This document shows positions 10,508-19,890 of a stretch of DNA of 64,000 nucleotides, in pieces. This DNA comes from Candidatus Latescibacterota bacterium (GTDB taxonomy: Bacteria > Latescibacterota > UBA2968 > UBA8231): the NCBI GenBank assembly GCA_965215195.1, contig CBDCDC010000002.1, positions 4,256,001 to 4,320,000 of the forward strand. Direction: 5' to 3'. The notes below the pieces were generated by a model. The model saw only the letters and a program-made list of their open reading frames with translations, made no database searches and was not told the origin of the DNA. Positions within the stretch are counted from its first letter, which is position 1; each line of letters starts with the position of its first letter. A program made the position numbers and the translations under genes.

Positions 10508-10623
10508 TCAATCGTCGTCTCGCTCGCTGAGCAGCTCGCCGTGCTGGAGCCACTCGGCGTTTTGGGTTGACCAGAGGATGTTCTTCACCACCTTTTGCGC
10601 GGTGACGTAGCGGGTCGCCGCCA
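10508..10623 (-). repeat. Diverged duplicate of the last ~39 codons and stop of the Rieske gene (11979-12097)
   Basis: 116 bp align with 11979-12097 with about 7 substitutions and a 3-bp indel. Encodes AATRYVTAQKVVKNILWSTQNAEWLQHGELLSERDDD*. Confidence 0.95.
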
Positions 10624-10673
10624 TGTCGTAGAAGTTCGAGTTCGCCGACTTCATATGGGCTAGCGGCAAAAGA

Positions 10674-11855
10674 TCACTTTGCTTCATAGCCGGGATTCCG
10701 ACAAAATTGTGCGACCGCATCCTGCGCCGCGCCGAGTAAGCGCAATGGCACGACATGGACCTGCGCGTTGAGGGGGTACGACTTCTGGCCGGGGTACACG
10801 ATAATGACCCGTTCGAGCTTTAGATCGTCGAGGGCAATGCGGATGGAGCGCGTCAGGCGCGGCGCGTCCGTGCGCTTGCATTCGACGCCTAACCAGCGGC
10901 CGTTCAGGCGCAGCACAAGGTCTATTTCGGCCCCTTGATGTGTGCTCCAGAAAAATGCCTCCTCCGGCTGCAGCCAAGCGAGTAACTGCTCGATGACAAA
11001 ACCCTCCCACGACGCGCCAAGGCTAGGATGATTCATCAGTTCGCCCTCCGTCCGAATGGCGAGCAATTGGTGCAATAGGCCGCTGTCCCGCAGGTAAATT
11101 TTAGGAGCCTTGACTTGCCGCTTGGCGATGTTGGCGTAGTAGGGCTGCAATTGGCGAATCATGAACGCATCTGTCAGCAGATCGAGATAATGCCGCGTAG
11201 TAGATGCGCTCACGTCTAAGGCGCGGGCCGGCGCGGCAGCGTTCCAAGTCTGCCCATGATAGTGGGCGAGCATGGTCCAGAAGCGATGCAGAGCAACGGC
11301 CGGGACCCTCGCCCCCCATTGGGGTATGTCGCGTTCTAGCAGGGTCTGTATGAAGTCCTTGCGCCATTGGTGGCTTGCCGCGTCGCTGGATGCGAGGTAC
11401 GACCGCGGCAGACCGCCGCGCAGCCACAGAGTACCGGTCTGGTCGGTGCTCACCTCGCTTAGCTGAAAGCCGCCGAGGGTAAGGTGCTCAACCCGTCCGG
11501 CCAAACTCTCCGAAGACTGGCGCAACAAGTCGCCGGATGCGCTCCCCAAGATGAGGAATTGGGCCGGTGAGTCGCGGCGATCCGCTAGCACCCGCAGAAT
11601 CGGGAATAAGTCGGGTCGCCTTTGCACTTCGTCTATGACGACAAGGCCGCGCAGCGTCTCTAGCGCGGTCATTGGCTGATCGAGCCGAGCGAGGCTGACC
11701 GGATCCTCCAAATCGAAGTAGTTCGCCGAATCCTCCCGCACGAACTCGCGAGCGAGTGTGGTTTTGCCGCATTGGCGCGAGCCGACGAGGAGCACCACCG
11801 GGCTTCTGGAGAGGGCTGTACGCAAACGATCAATGGGCTGTGGGCGAGGAATCAT
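10674..11855 (-). CDS. AAA+ ATPase with DUF4143 C-terminal domain
   Basis: Walker A GSRQCGKTT, Walker B VVIDEVQ, ILGSAS, ESLAGR, KAPKIYLRDSG, GASWEGFV, EIDLVL...GVECK. Confidence 0.9.
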   Translation of the reverse strand: MIPRPQPIDRLRTALSRSPVVLLVGSRQCGKTTLAREFVREDSANYFDLEDPVSLARLDQPMTALETLRGLVVIDEVQRRPDLFPILRVLADRRDSPAQFLILGSASGDLLRQSSESLAGRVEHLTLGGFQLSEVSTDQTGTLWLRGGLPRSYLASSDAASHQWRKDFIQTLLERDIPQWGARVPAVALHRFWTMLAHYHGQTWNAAAPARALDVSASTTRHYLDLLTDAFMIRQLQPYYANIAKRQVKAPKIYLRDSGLLHQLLAIRTEGELMNHPSLGASWEGFVIEQLLAWLQPEEAFFWSTHQGAEIDLVLRLNGRWLGVECKRTDAPRLTRSIRIALDDLKLERVIIVYPGQKSYPLNAQVHVVPLRLLGAAQDAVAQFCRNPGYEAK

Positions 11856-11978
11856 AAGTAGAAATATAATGAAAATCGACGGTGCAAGAACCGATTTTCA
11901 TGGTTGAAGCACGTCCCGGAGTTCGTTTAGGGCACGGGTCAATAGGTTTCGTCGCGGCGATTCCCGGCAATCACTTTC

Positions 11979-13799
11979 TCAATCGTCGTCGTCGCGCTCG
12001 CTGAGCAGTTCGCCGCGCTGGAGCCGCTCGGCGTTTTGGGTGGACCAGAGGATGTTCTTCATCACCTTTTGCGCGGTGATGTAGCGGGTCGCCGCCAACA
12101 GGTGGACGCGCTTTTCCTCCGGGTCGCTGCTCAAGTCGTAGTGCCGGAACGCGGCTTCGAGCACTTGGAACATGTGCAGCTCGGCGTCTTCGCGGAGCAT
12201 GATGTGGGCCAAGGCGTGGCGGAGCTTGGCCACGTCGCGTCCTTCTTCGAGATACTGGCTGACGAGGATTTCGGCCTCAAAGACTTTTTGGAAATCGGCC
12301 AATTCGCCGAGGTGCTTGAGCATGTCCTCGCTGGAGGCGAAATGATCGTCGAGCTTCTGCCCGTGCTGGGGGACGCGGGCGGAGGGCATGTTGAGCCAGC
12401 GCAGGTAGGTGAGGAAGACCGCGCCGTGGAAGATGGCGCGCAACAGCTCTTTGCTGGCGGCGTAGTGGAAGGTGCAGTAGAGTGCGTGGGCGTAGGAATA
12501 AATGTTGGCCACGTCGTGCCAATCGCCCTCGTTTTTGAGGTGAAAGCGCAGGGTGCGCAACGCGCTGGCATAGGTCATGGCGCGGCAAAGCTGGGTCGGC
12601 GGCACGCCCGCGCGCAGGGCCGCTTCAACGCGGGCGAGAATGGGTTCAAAGTCGTCGCCGAGCATGACTTGGGCAAAGGCCGAGACGTCGAGAGTGGCTT
12701 CATTGCGCTGATTGTCCTCCCAGATCTCGTCTAGGCGCGAGAAGATGCTTTCTAAGACCGGCCGGCTGTCGGCCCAACGCGAGGTCTCTTCGTGGCGGGT
12801 GCGGCTCACCAAATCGACGGCGATCGGGCGGAGAATCTCGTGTGCGCCGACCCATTCCACGTAGTCGAGGGCCTCGAACATCTTGTTGGCAAAGTCGAGG
12901 GCGTGCCCGTCGCCGGTGAAGTAGAAGTCCGTGGCCGCAGTGAAGACGAAATCCGCGAGGGTTTCCTTGCCGCAATCGCGGTCGTGCAGGGTGAGCAAAA
13001 TGCGCTCGGCCGCGCCGTGGTGCCGCTGATCGACAAAGGTGCGAAACCAGCGCTTGAGGGTGGCTAAGTCTTGGTCGGCATTGGCGCGGGGAAAGGGGAA
13101 GCGCTGGCGGCGCGACGATCCCGAGGTGCGGTGCGCGATCTGGGTCAGGCCGTGGACGAGAAAGAGATTTTGATCGGCCTCGGCAATGTCGTCCCACAAA
13201 TTCGCTGCGAGGGTTAGGATGGCGACGCCCGAGGACCAGCCTTCGCTGGTTTTGTGTGCGCCGTAGTAAAGCCCTTGCTGGATGATTTCCTGCGGGGTGG
13301 CACCTGTCTGGCGGAGCGCGGCGACCGCTTTGGCGATGAGAAAGGAACTGCGGTCTTTAAGCCCCTGTTCGAGTGTGCGCTTGCCGCGCGCCACGAGCCG
13401 CAGGCGGGCCTCTTCCCTCTCGCCGGGCGGGATGCCGACCCACGCGCAGCCGTCGTCGCGCACCTCCACGGGAAAGGCTTTCAGGTCGTCGCCCGAAGTC
13501 AGCAGGCAGCCGCCGGTCTTCAGGTCGAATTCCCAGTGGTGCCAGTGGCAGATCAGCACTCCGTCGCGGATGCTGCCTTTGGACATGGGGTAGCCCATGT
13601 GCGGGCAGCGATTGTCAACGGCGTGGAAGGCCCCCTCGTAGAGAAAGACGGCGAGGTGAATGCCTTCGACGGTAAAGGGCCGGCCCTCGCCGGCGGCAAA
13701 TTCGCTGGCCGGTGCGAGCCGGTGATAGACGCAGGTCGCTGGATCGACATCAATCGGCGGCCGCGCTTGGCTTAGGTCGAGACGTTGAGCAGTGGACAT
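11979..13799 (-). CDS. Rieske (2Fe-2S) domain protein with a large helical C-terminal region
   Basis: CPHMGYPM...CHWHHWEFDLKTG Rieske motif; His-rich helical C-terminal region (GHALDFANK, WHDVAN, ELHMFQ); RBS aggagg. Confidence 0.85.
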   Translation of the reverse strand: MSTAQRLDLSQARPPIDVDPATCVYHRLAPASEFAAGEGRPFTVEGIHLAVFLYEGAFHAVDNRCPHMGYPMSKGSIRDGVLICHWHHWEFDLKTGGCLLTSGDDLKAFPVEVRDDGCAWVGIPPGEREEARLRLVARGKRTLEQGLKDRSSFLIAKAVAALRQTGATPQEIIQQGLYYGAHKTSEGWSSGVAILTLAANLWDDIAEADQNLFLVHGLTQIAHRTSGSSRRQRFPFPRANADQDLATLKRWFRTFVDQRHHGAAERILLTLHDRDCGKETLADFVFTAATDFYFTGDGHALDFANKMFEALDYVEWVGAHEILRPIAVDLVSRTRHEETSRWADSRPVLESIFSRLDEIWEDNQRNEATLDVSAFAQVMLGDDFEPILARVEAALRAGVPPTQLCRAMTYASALRTLRFHLKNEGDWHDVANIYSYAHALYCTFHYAASKELLRAIFHGAVFLTYLRWLNMPSARVPQHGQKLDDHFASSEDMLKHLGELADFQKVFEAEILVSQYLEEGRDVAKLRHALAHIMLREDAELHMFQVLEAAFRHYDLSSDPEEKRVHLLAATRYITAQKVMKNILWSTQNAERLQRGELLSERDDDD

Positions 13800-14048
13800 G
13801 AGCGTTGCCTCCTGTGAAATGTTACGAGAATATGCGCGATTTGGCGGTGTTAGGCGAGGGGCCTATGTTGACTTGTAGTGGTGCGCGTGGGCATGTTCTG
13901 AGGGAGAGACTCCAGCGGCGCATGATTTACGATGGACACTAGCAGATGCTTCGCTTCACCGCGCCTTTAGGTGTGACCTCACGAGGACGGGTGGCAGGGC
14001 AGGGAGAAGCAAGCGAGACCATCAGCAACAAGGAAAGGAGATGTTCTT

Positions 14049-14492
14049 ATGACTTGGCGAATTTTGCTGGTAGCCGTGCTCTTTTTGGGCGGCGTGGTCG
14101 TCGACGAGGCGGCTGCGCGCAGCAAGCGCGTACGACAGGTTCCCAACGGCGCCACGTTTAGCTGCAACGCCTGTCACGTGGCCGGCGGCGGTTCGCCGCT
14201 CAATCCGTTTGGCCTAGAGATCGCAACCAATTTTCTCACCGCGGCCGGGCCAGCCGGCGACGTGGTTTGGGGAGCGGAGCTAGCGGCGTTGGACTCCGAT
14301 GGCGACGGAGCGTCCAATGGCGCAGAACTGGGCGACCCCGATGGCACTTGGGCGGCGGGCGACGCCAATCCAGAAAGCGAAGTGTTCCACCCCGGCGACC
14401 CAGCGAGCACTCCGCCACCCGAACCAGAAGATACGGCGGTTGCGGAGACGACTTGGGGGCAGATTAAGCAACTGATAGGTGCGCTCGACTGA
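14049..14492 (+). CDS. Secreted temptin-like protein with a CxxCH motif and a C-terminal TWGQIK motif
   Basis: Signal peptide; VPNG...SCNACHV...LNPFG...W...LDSDGDGASNGAELGDPDGTW; Pro-rich linker; ends TAVAETTWGQIKQLIGALD; RBS aaggag. Confidence 0.7.
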   Translation: MTWRILLVAVLFLGGVVVDEAAARSKRVRQVPNGATFSCNACHVAGGGSPLNPFGLEIATNFLTAAGPAGDVVWGAELAALDSDGDGASNGAELGDPDGTWAAGDANPESEVFHPGDPASTPPPEPEDTAVAETTWGQIKQLIGALD

Positions 14493-14591
14493 GGCGGAGC
14501 GGATGGCTTGGCGCGGCGGTTTTCAACGTCGTTATGGGATTGAAAACTGCCGCGCTGAGCGGGTTCGCCGGTCGAATTGCGAGGTTGTAAC

Positions 14592-16820
14592 ATGACGGAA
14601 AGCAGTAGAGAGCAGCAGTTTGCCATTGAGGGCATGCACTGCGCTGGCTGCGTGCGGCAGGTGGAGCAGCAGGTGTCCGGTTTGGTAGGCGTTGAAAAGG
14701 CTGACGTGAACTTGGCGACCGAGCAGATGGCCGTGCGCTTTGATCCGGCCGCAGTAGATGAGGCAAGCATTGCCGCGGCCGTGGCAAAAGCCGGGTTTCG
14801 GGCGCGGCTGCAAGCACCCGCAGCCGCAGGCGCGGCTAGGCGACAGGAGCGCAAGCAGGCCGAACTAGCCGCGCAGGCGGGTGCGTTTCGCTGGGCTGTT
14901 GCGTTTTGGCTGCCGCTCTTCGCGGTGGAAATGGCCGAGCAGATGGGTGCGCCCGTTGCCGCGGCCCTGTCCTTGGCCCAGCATCCGCTGCGGGTGGGCG
15001 TTTTGCACCTGCTGTTCGCGCTGCCGGTGCTGTGGATTGGCCGCCAGATCTACGCCGAGGGCGGGCAGGCTCTGTGGCGGGGTCGGCCCAACATGTTTTC
15101 GCTAATCGCCATTGGCACGGCTGCGGCTTGGCTCTACAGCGCTTGGGGCTTGGGGTCGGTAGCCGTGGGTGCGACCGCGGCGTTTGACTCCTATTTCCCG
15201 TCGGTTGCGACGATTGTCACTTTCATGCTGATGGGCCGCTATCTCGAAGCGCGCTCGCGGTTGCGGGCCGAAGAGGCCATAGGGGCCCTGCTGCAACTTA
15301 AGCCCGACAAGGCCGCGCTGGTGACCGGCACTGGAGAGCGGGAAATCGCAACCGACGCCATTGAGGTGGGCGACTGCCTGCGCGTGCGCCCGGGCGAGCG
15401 CATCCCAGCCGATGGCCAAGTCGTCGAAGGAAATTCTACGGTGGATGAATCGCTGGTGACCGGCGAGTCGCTGCCGGTGGCCAAAGCCCCAGGCGATGAG
15501 GTGACCGGCGGCAGCCTCAACGGCGCGGGTGCGCTCATAGTCCGCGCAACGCGCGTGGCCGGGGACGCGCTGCTGATGCAGATGGTGCGCTTAGTCGAGG
15601 CCGCGCAGGCGGGCAAAGCGCCGATTGCTCGCTTGGCCGATGTAGTGGCCGGGTATTTCGTGCCGGCCGTGCTGGCCCTAGGCGCGGTGGCCGCGGTGGG
15701 TTGGCTGTGGGCCGGGGAGGGCCTGAGCTTTGCGTTGCAGGTTTTCGTGGCCGTGTTGATCATCGCCTGCCCGTGCAGCTTGGGCTTGGCCACGCCAGCC
15801 GCCATCATGGTCGGCACGGGCCGCGGAGCGCATTTGGGCATCCTGTTCAAAAGCCCAGAAGTGTTGGAAACGGCGCACAAAGTAGATGCCGTGGTGCTGG
15901 ACAAAACTGGCACGATCACCGAGGGACGCCCCCAGGTCGCAGCGGTAGAGCCGTTCAACGGACGCCGCGCCGACGAAGTGCTGAGCTTGGCCGCGGCCGT
16001 AGAGCGCGGCTCAGAGCATCCGCTGGCCGCGGCGATTGTGGCGGCCGCGGCCGAGCGCGGCCTTGTCGTGCCGGAGGCTAGCGAAGTTGTGGCGAGTCCG
16101 GGCAAAGGTGCGCAGGCCGCGGTGGAGGGCGAGGACGTGGCGGTGGGCAATCGCGCCATGATGGCCGCGGTGGGAGTCCGCGTGGACGGGGACAGGGACC
16201 CGGCGGCTGGTGCTACTGTCGCGTGGGTCGCGGCCGCCGGGTCGCTGGTCGGCCGCGTGTGTTTGGCCGACCGCCCCCGCCCGCAGAGCAAGGACGACGT
16301 GGCTCGGTTGGGCCAATGCGGTTTGGAGGTGGTGATGCTCACGGGCGACAGCCGTGCGGCCGCGGAAGCGGTGGCGCGTCAAGTGGGGATTGAGGCCGTG
16401 TGCGCTGGTGTCTTGCCGGCAGACAAGGCGGCGGTTGTGCAGGCCTTGCAGGCCGAGGGCCGCTGCGTGGCCATGGTCGGCGACGGGATCAACGACGCGC
16501 CGGCGCTGGCCGCCGCCGATGTGGGCATGGCCTTTGCCACCGGCACGGATGTGGCGGCCGCGTCTGCTCCGGTGGTGCTCATGCACAGCCGATTGGCGGA
16601 TGTGGCGCGGGCTATTGAGCTGAGCCGAGCGGTTGTGCGGACCATAAGGCAGAATTTGTTCTGGGCGTTTTTTTACAATGCCGCGGGCATTCCGGTGGCC
16701 GCGGGTGCGCTCTACCTGTTCGGCGGCCCGCTGCTCAATCCGATGCTGGCGAGCCTCGCAATGGCCTTTTCGTCGGTGTCAGTGGTGATGAACGCGCTCC
16801 GGTTGCGGCGCTTTGGCTGA
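14592..16820 (+). CDS. copA: Copper-translocating P1B-type ATPase
   Basis: N-terminal GMHCAGC metal-binding domain, TGES, CPC, DKTGT, SEHPL, GDGINDAP, FYN and MAFSS. Confidence 0.92.
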   Translation: MTESSREQQFAIEGMHCAGCVRQVEQQVSGLVGVEKADVNLATEQMAVRFDPAAVDEASIAAAVAKAGFRARLQAPAAAGAARRQERKQAELAAQAGAFRWAVAFWLPLFAVEMAEQMGAPVAAALSLAQHPLRVGVLHLLFALPVLWIGRQIYAEGGQALWRGRPNMFSLIAIGTAAAWLYSAWGLGSVAVGATAAFDSYFPSVATIVTFMLMGRYLEARSRLRAEEAIGALLQLKPDKAALVTGTGEREIATDAIEVGDCLRVRPGERIPADGQVVEGNSTVDESLVTGESLPVAKAPGDEVTGGSLNGAGALIVRATRVAGDALLMQMVRLVEAAQAGKAPIARLADVVAGYFVPAVLALGAVAAVGWLWAGEGLSFALQVFVAVLIIACPCSLGLATPAAIMVGTGRGAHLGILFKSPEVLETAHKVDAVVLDKTGTITEGRPQVAAVEPFNGRRADEVLSLAAAVERGSEHPLAAAIVAAAAERGLVVPEASEVVASPGKGAQAAVEGEDVAVGNRAMMAAVGVRVDGDRDPAAGATVAWVAAAGSLVGRVCLADRPRPQSKDDVARLGQCGLEVVMLTGDSRAAAEAVARQVGIEAVCAGVLPADKAAVVQALQAEGRCVAMVGDGINDAPALAAADVGMAFATGTDVAAASAPVVLMHSRLADVARAIELSRAVVRTIRQNLFWAFFYNAAGIPVAAGALYLFGGPLLNPMLASLAMAFSSVSVVMNALRLRRFG

Positions 16821-16872
16821 AGCTGCCATAGCTATCGGCGAATAGGCCCCATCCCGACGAGGAGACCCCACG

Positions 16873-18453
16873 ATGCGCTTTTTTAACACGAGCGGTCCGG
16901 TGGTGGCTGAGGATCACTACTGCATCCCGCCCTTAGAGCGGCTGAGTCTTGCCGAGGTGCGTCGGCTCATCCGCGACAAACGCTACTTCGTGCTGCACGC
17001 GCCGCGTCAGACGGGCAAGACCTCGGCCCTGCTGGCCCTGCGCGACCTGCTCAACGCCGAAGGGGCCTATGGCTGCGTGTACGTCAACGTGGAGCCCGCC
17101 CAAGCCCTGCGCGAAGATGTGGAACAGGCCACTCAGGTCATCTTGGGCGAACTGGCTTCTCGGGTGCGCTTGACGCTAGGCGACGAATTTCTAACCCAGA
17201 CGTGGGCCGCTATTTTCGCCGAGTTTGGACCGGGGGCCTTGCGCGAGGGGTTGACGCGCTGGTCGGAGGCCAGTCCCAAGCCGCTGGTGCTGCTGATCGA
17301 CGAAATCGATTCCTTGATCGGGGATTCGCTGCTGTCGGTGCTGCGTCAGTTGCGCGCGGGCTACGATTTGCGGCCGGAGGGCTTTCCGCAGAGCGTGGTG
17401 CTGTGCGGGGTGCGCGATGTGCGCGACTACCGCATTCAATCGACCGCGGAAAATGCGATTATCGCCGGCGGCAGCGCGTTCAATATCAAAGCGCGTTCGT
17501 TGCGCTTGGGCGACTTTTCGCGGGAGGAGGTGCTCAAGCTGCTGGGGCAGCACACCGAAGAAACGGGCCAGCAGTTTACCGCCGAGGCACTGGACGTAGT
17601 CTGGACGCAGACGCAAGGGCAGCCGTGGCTGGTCAACGCGCTGGCCGACGAAACCTGTTTTGCCGGCGAATTTGCCGAGGCGTGGCATCGTCCGGTCGCG
17701 GCCGAGGCCATCCATTCCGCTCGCGAGCAGCTCATCTTGCGGCGCGAGACGCACTTGGATCAGTTGGCCGACAAGCTGCAAGAGGAGCGGGTGCGGCGAG
17801 TGGTTGAGCCGCTGTTGAGCGGCCGTGGGGCCGCCGAAAAGGTGCCCGACGACGACCTGCAATACACGCGCGATCTGGGACTCGTGCGCCGCGAGGGCCC
17901 CGTCGCCATTGCCAATCCGATCTATCGAGAAATCATCCCTCGGGCGCTGACCTATACGACCCAAGAGATGACGATCTCTCACGATCCTACTTGGTACGTC
18001 GATTCAAATGGCAATCTCGAGGTCGCCAAGCTGCTATCGGCCTTCCAAGGGTTTTTCCGCGAGCATTCGGAGCACTGGGTGGAGCGGTTCCAGTACAAGG
18101 AAGCCGGTCCGCAACTGCTACTACAAGCGTTTTTGCAGCGGATTGTGAACTGCGGCGGACGCATTGAGCGGGAATATGGCTTGGGTCGGATGCGGACGGA
18201 TTTGCTGATCGTGTGGCCGCAAGGGCAGGAGACGCTTAAAGTGGTGATCGAGTGTAAGGTGCTGCACAAGAGCTTGGAGCAGACGATGGCCGCAGGATTG
18301 GAACAGACGTCCGAGTACATGGATCGTTGCGAGGCCGAGACGGGTCATCTGGTGATTTTCGACCGGCGCGAAGGTCGGCGATGGGCCGACAAAGTGTTTC
18401 ACAGCCGCCGGGTATCGGACCAAGGTGTCGAAATCGACGTTTGGGGGATGTGA
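16873..18453 (+). CDS. AAA-like ATPase with C-terminal PD-(D/E)xK-like domain
   Basis: MRFFNTSGP start, HAPRQTGKTS, LLIDEID, TQGQPWLVN, and GRMRTDLLIVW...VVIECK. Confidence 0.8.
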   Translation: MRFFNTSGPVVAEDHYCIPPLERLSLAEVRRLIRDKRYFVLHAPRQTGKTSALLALRDLLNAEGAYGCVYVNVEPAQALREDVEQATQVILGELASRVRLTLGDEFLTQTWAAIFAEFGPGALREGLTRWSEASPKPLVLLIDEIDSLIGDSLLSVLRQLRAGYDLRPEGFPQSVVLCGVRDVRDYRIQSTAENAIIAGGSAFNIKARSLRLGDFSREEVLKLLGQHTEETGQQFTAEALDVVWTQTQGQPWLVNALADETCFAGEFAEAWHRPVAAEAIHSAREQLILRRETHLDQLADKLQEERVRRVVEPLLSGRGAAEKVPDDDLQYTRDLGLVRREGPVAIANPIYREIIPRALTYTTQEMTISHDPTWYVDSNGNLEVAKLLSAFQGFFREHSEHWVERFQYKEAGPQLLLQAFLQRIVNCGGRIEREYGLGRMRTDLLIVWPQGQETLKVVIECKVLHKSLEQTMAAGLEQTSEYMDRCEAETGHLVIFDRREGRRWADKVFHSRRVSDQGVEIDVWGM

Positions 18454-18462
18454 CCGGCTGGG

Positions 18463-18614
18463 CTTACTACACGATACCAGCCCTCAGCCGGTCAAGGATC
18501 GAGGGCCTCTTGCCCTCGGCGAGGGCGGGACGCCCTCGATCCCGCACCCAGCGGAAACCGCAGAAAAGGCGTACTCAAAGTAAGGGGCGCCTACTTTAGG
18601 GGTCGTGTACTAAG
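18463..18614. mobile_element. 152-bp MITE-like element with 12-bp TIRs and a 9-bp target-site duplication
   Basis: TIRs cttactacacga (18463-18474) / tcgtgtactaag (18603-18614), 11/12 match. Exact flanking direct repeat ccggctggg at 18454-18462 and 18615-18623. Internal 47-nt hairpin at 18496-18542. Confidence 0.75.
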
Positions 18615-18660
18615 CCGGCTGGGATGCGAAGAGATAGCCTATATAATAGGAAGAGGACGC

Positions 18661-19890
18661 ATGGCTGCGATTATGATGGTTGGGGCGTTTGACACCAAAG
18701 GCGTGGAATACGCCTTCTTGCGCGAGCAGATTTTGGCCCGCGGCCACGAAGTTGTGGCGGTGAACACGGGCGTTATGGGCCGGGCCGAAGCCTTTGCCGT
18801 GGACGTGGATGCCAGCGCGGTGGCGGCGGCCGGTGGCGCGTCCTTAGAGTCGCTGCGCGCGGCTAGCGACCGCGGTGCTGCCATGAAGGCTATGGGTGCG
18901 GGCGCGGCCAAGGTGGCCGAGCAATGGTACGCCGAGGGCCGGATTGACGGCATCGTCGGCATGGGCGGGTCCGGCGGCAGCAGCGTGGTGACCGCGGCCA
19001 TGCGCGCCCTGCCGGTGGGCGTACCCAAGGTCTGCGTTTCGACCGTGGCGTCTGGCGACACCGCGCCTTACGTCGGCAGCAAGGACGTGGTGCTCATTCC
19101 GTCGATTGTGGATGTGGCTGGAGTCAATCGGATTTCGCGGGTGATTTTTACGCGGGCCGCTGGCGCGATCTGCGGCATGGTCGAGGCCGAGCCGGCACCG
19201 GCTGGCGACGACAAGCCGATCGTCGCAGCGTCGATGTTTGGCAACACCACCGAATGCGTCAGCGCGTGCAGCGAGGCCCTGTCGGCGAGCGGGTACGAGG
19301 TCTTGGTCTTTCACGCCACCGGCACCGGCGGCCGCACCATGGAGTCGCTCATCGACGAGGGCTTAGTGGATGCGGTGCTGGACATCACCACCACCGAGTG
19401 GGCCGACGAAGTGTGCGGCGGCGTCTTCAGCGCGGGGCCAGACCGCTTGAGCGCGGCGGGCCGAGCGGGTTTGCCCCAGCTCGTGGTTCCCGGGTGCGTG
19501 GATATGGCCAATTTTGGCGGCATGGATACGGTGCCGCAAAAGTACAAGGACGGCACGCGGCTCTTTTACGAGTGGAACCCGGAGGTGACCTTGATGCGCA
19601 CTAATGCCGAGGAGAATGCGCAGATGGGCCGGATATTCGCCGCAAAGCTCAACGCCGCCCAAGGCCCGGTCGCCGTTCTCATTCCGCTCAGAGGCGTGTC
19701 GATCCTCGATGGCGATGGCGAGCTGTTTTGCGACCGCGAAGCCGACCGCGCCTTGGGCGACGCCCTTAAAGCCAACTTGGACGAGGGCATCCTCGTCCGC
19801 GAAGTTGATCACAACATCAACGATCCAGCATTTGCAGCCGCCGCAACCGCGCTGCTACTGGAGCTAATTGCCGAGAAAGCAGGAGAGTAA
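18661..19890 (+). CDS. Tm-1-like ATP-binding domain protein (UPF0261)
   Basis: FDTKGVE, GGSGGS, MRALPVGVPK, SMFGNTT, FHATGTGG, DITTTE, TLMRT, HNINDP. Confidence 0.9.
   Translation: MAAIMMVGAFDTKGVEYAFLREQILARGHEVVAVNTGVMGRAEAFAVDVDASAVAAAGGASLESLRAASDRGAAMKAMGAGAAKVAEQWYAEGRIDGIVGMGGSGGSSVVTAAMRALPVGVPKVCVSTVASGDTAPYVGSKDVVLIPSIVDVAGVNRISRVIFTRAAGAICGMVEAEPAPAGDDKPIVAASMFGNTTECVSACSEALSASGYEVLVFHATGTGGRTMESLIDEGLVDAVLDITTTEWADEVCGGVFSAGPDRLSAAGRAGLPQLVVPGCVDMANFGGMDTVPQKYKDGTRLFYEWNPEVTLMRTNAEENAQMGRIFAAKLNAAQGPVAVLIPLRGVSILDGDGELFCDREADRALGDALKANLDEGILVREVDHNINDPAFAAAATALLLELIAEKAGE

Noticed and set aside
10508-10756. 82-aa ORF from the ORF track
   Set aside because: It is a chimera of the ATPase 3' overlap and the duplicated Rieske tail, with no RBS or independent start.
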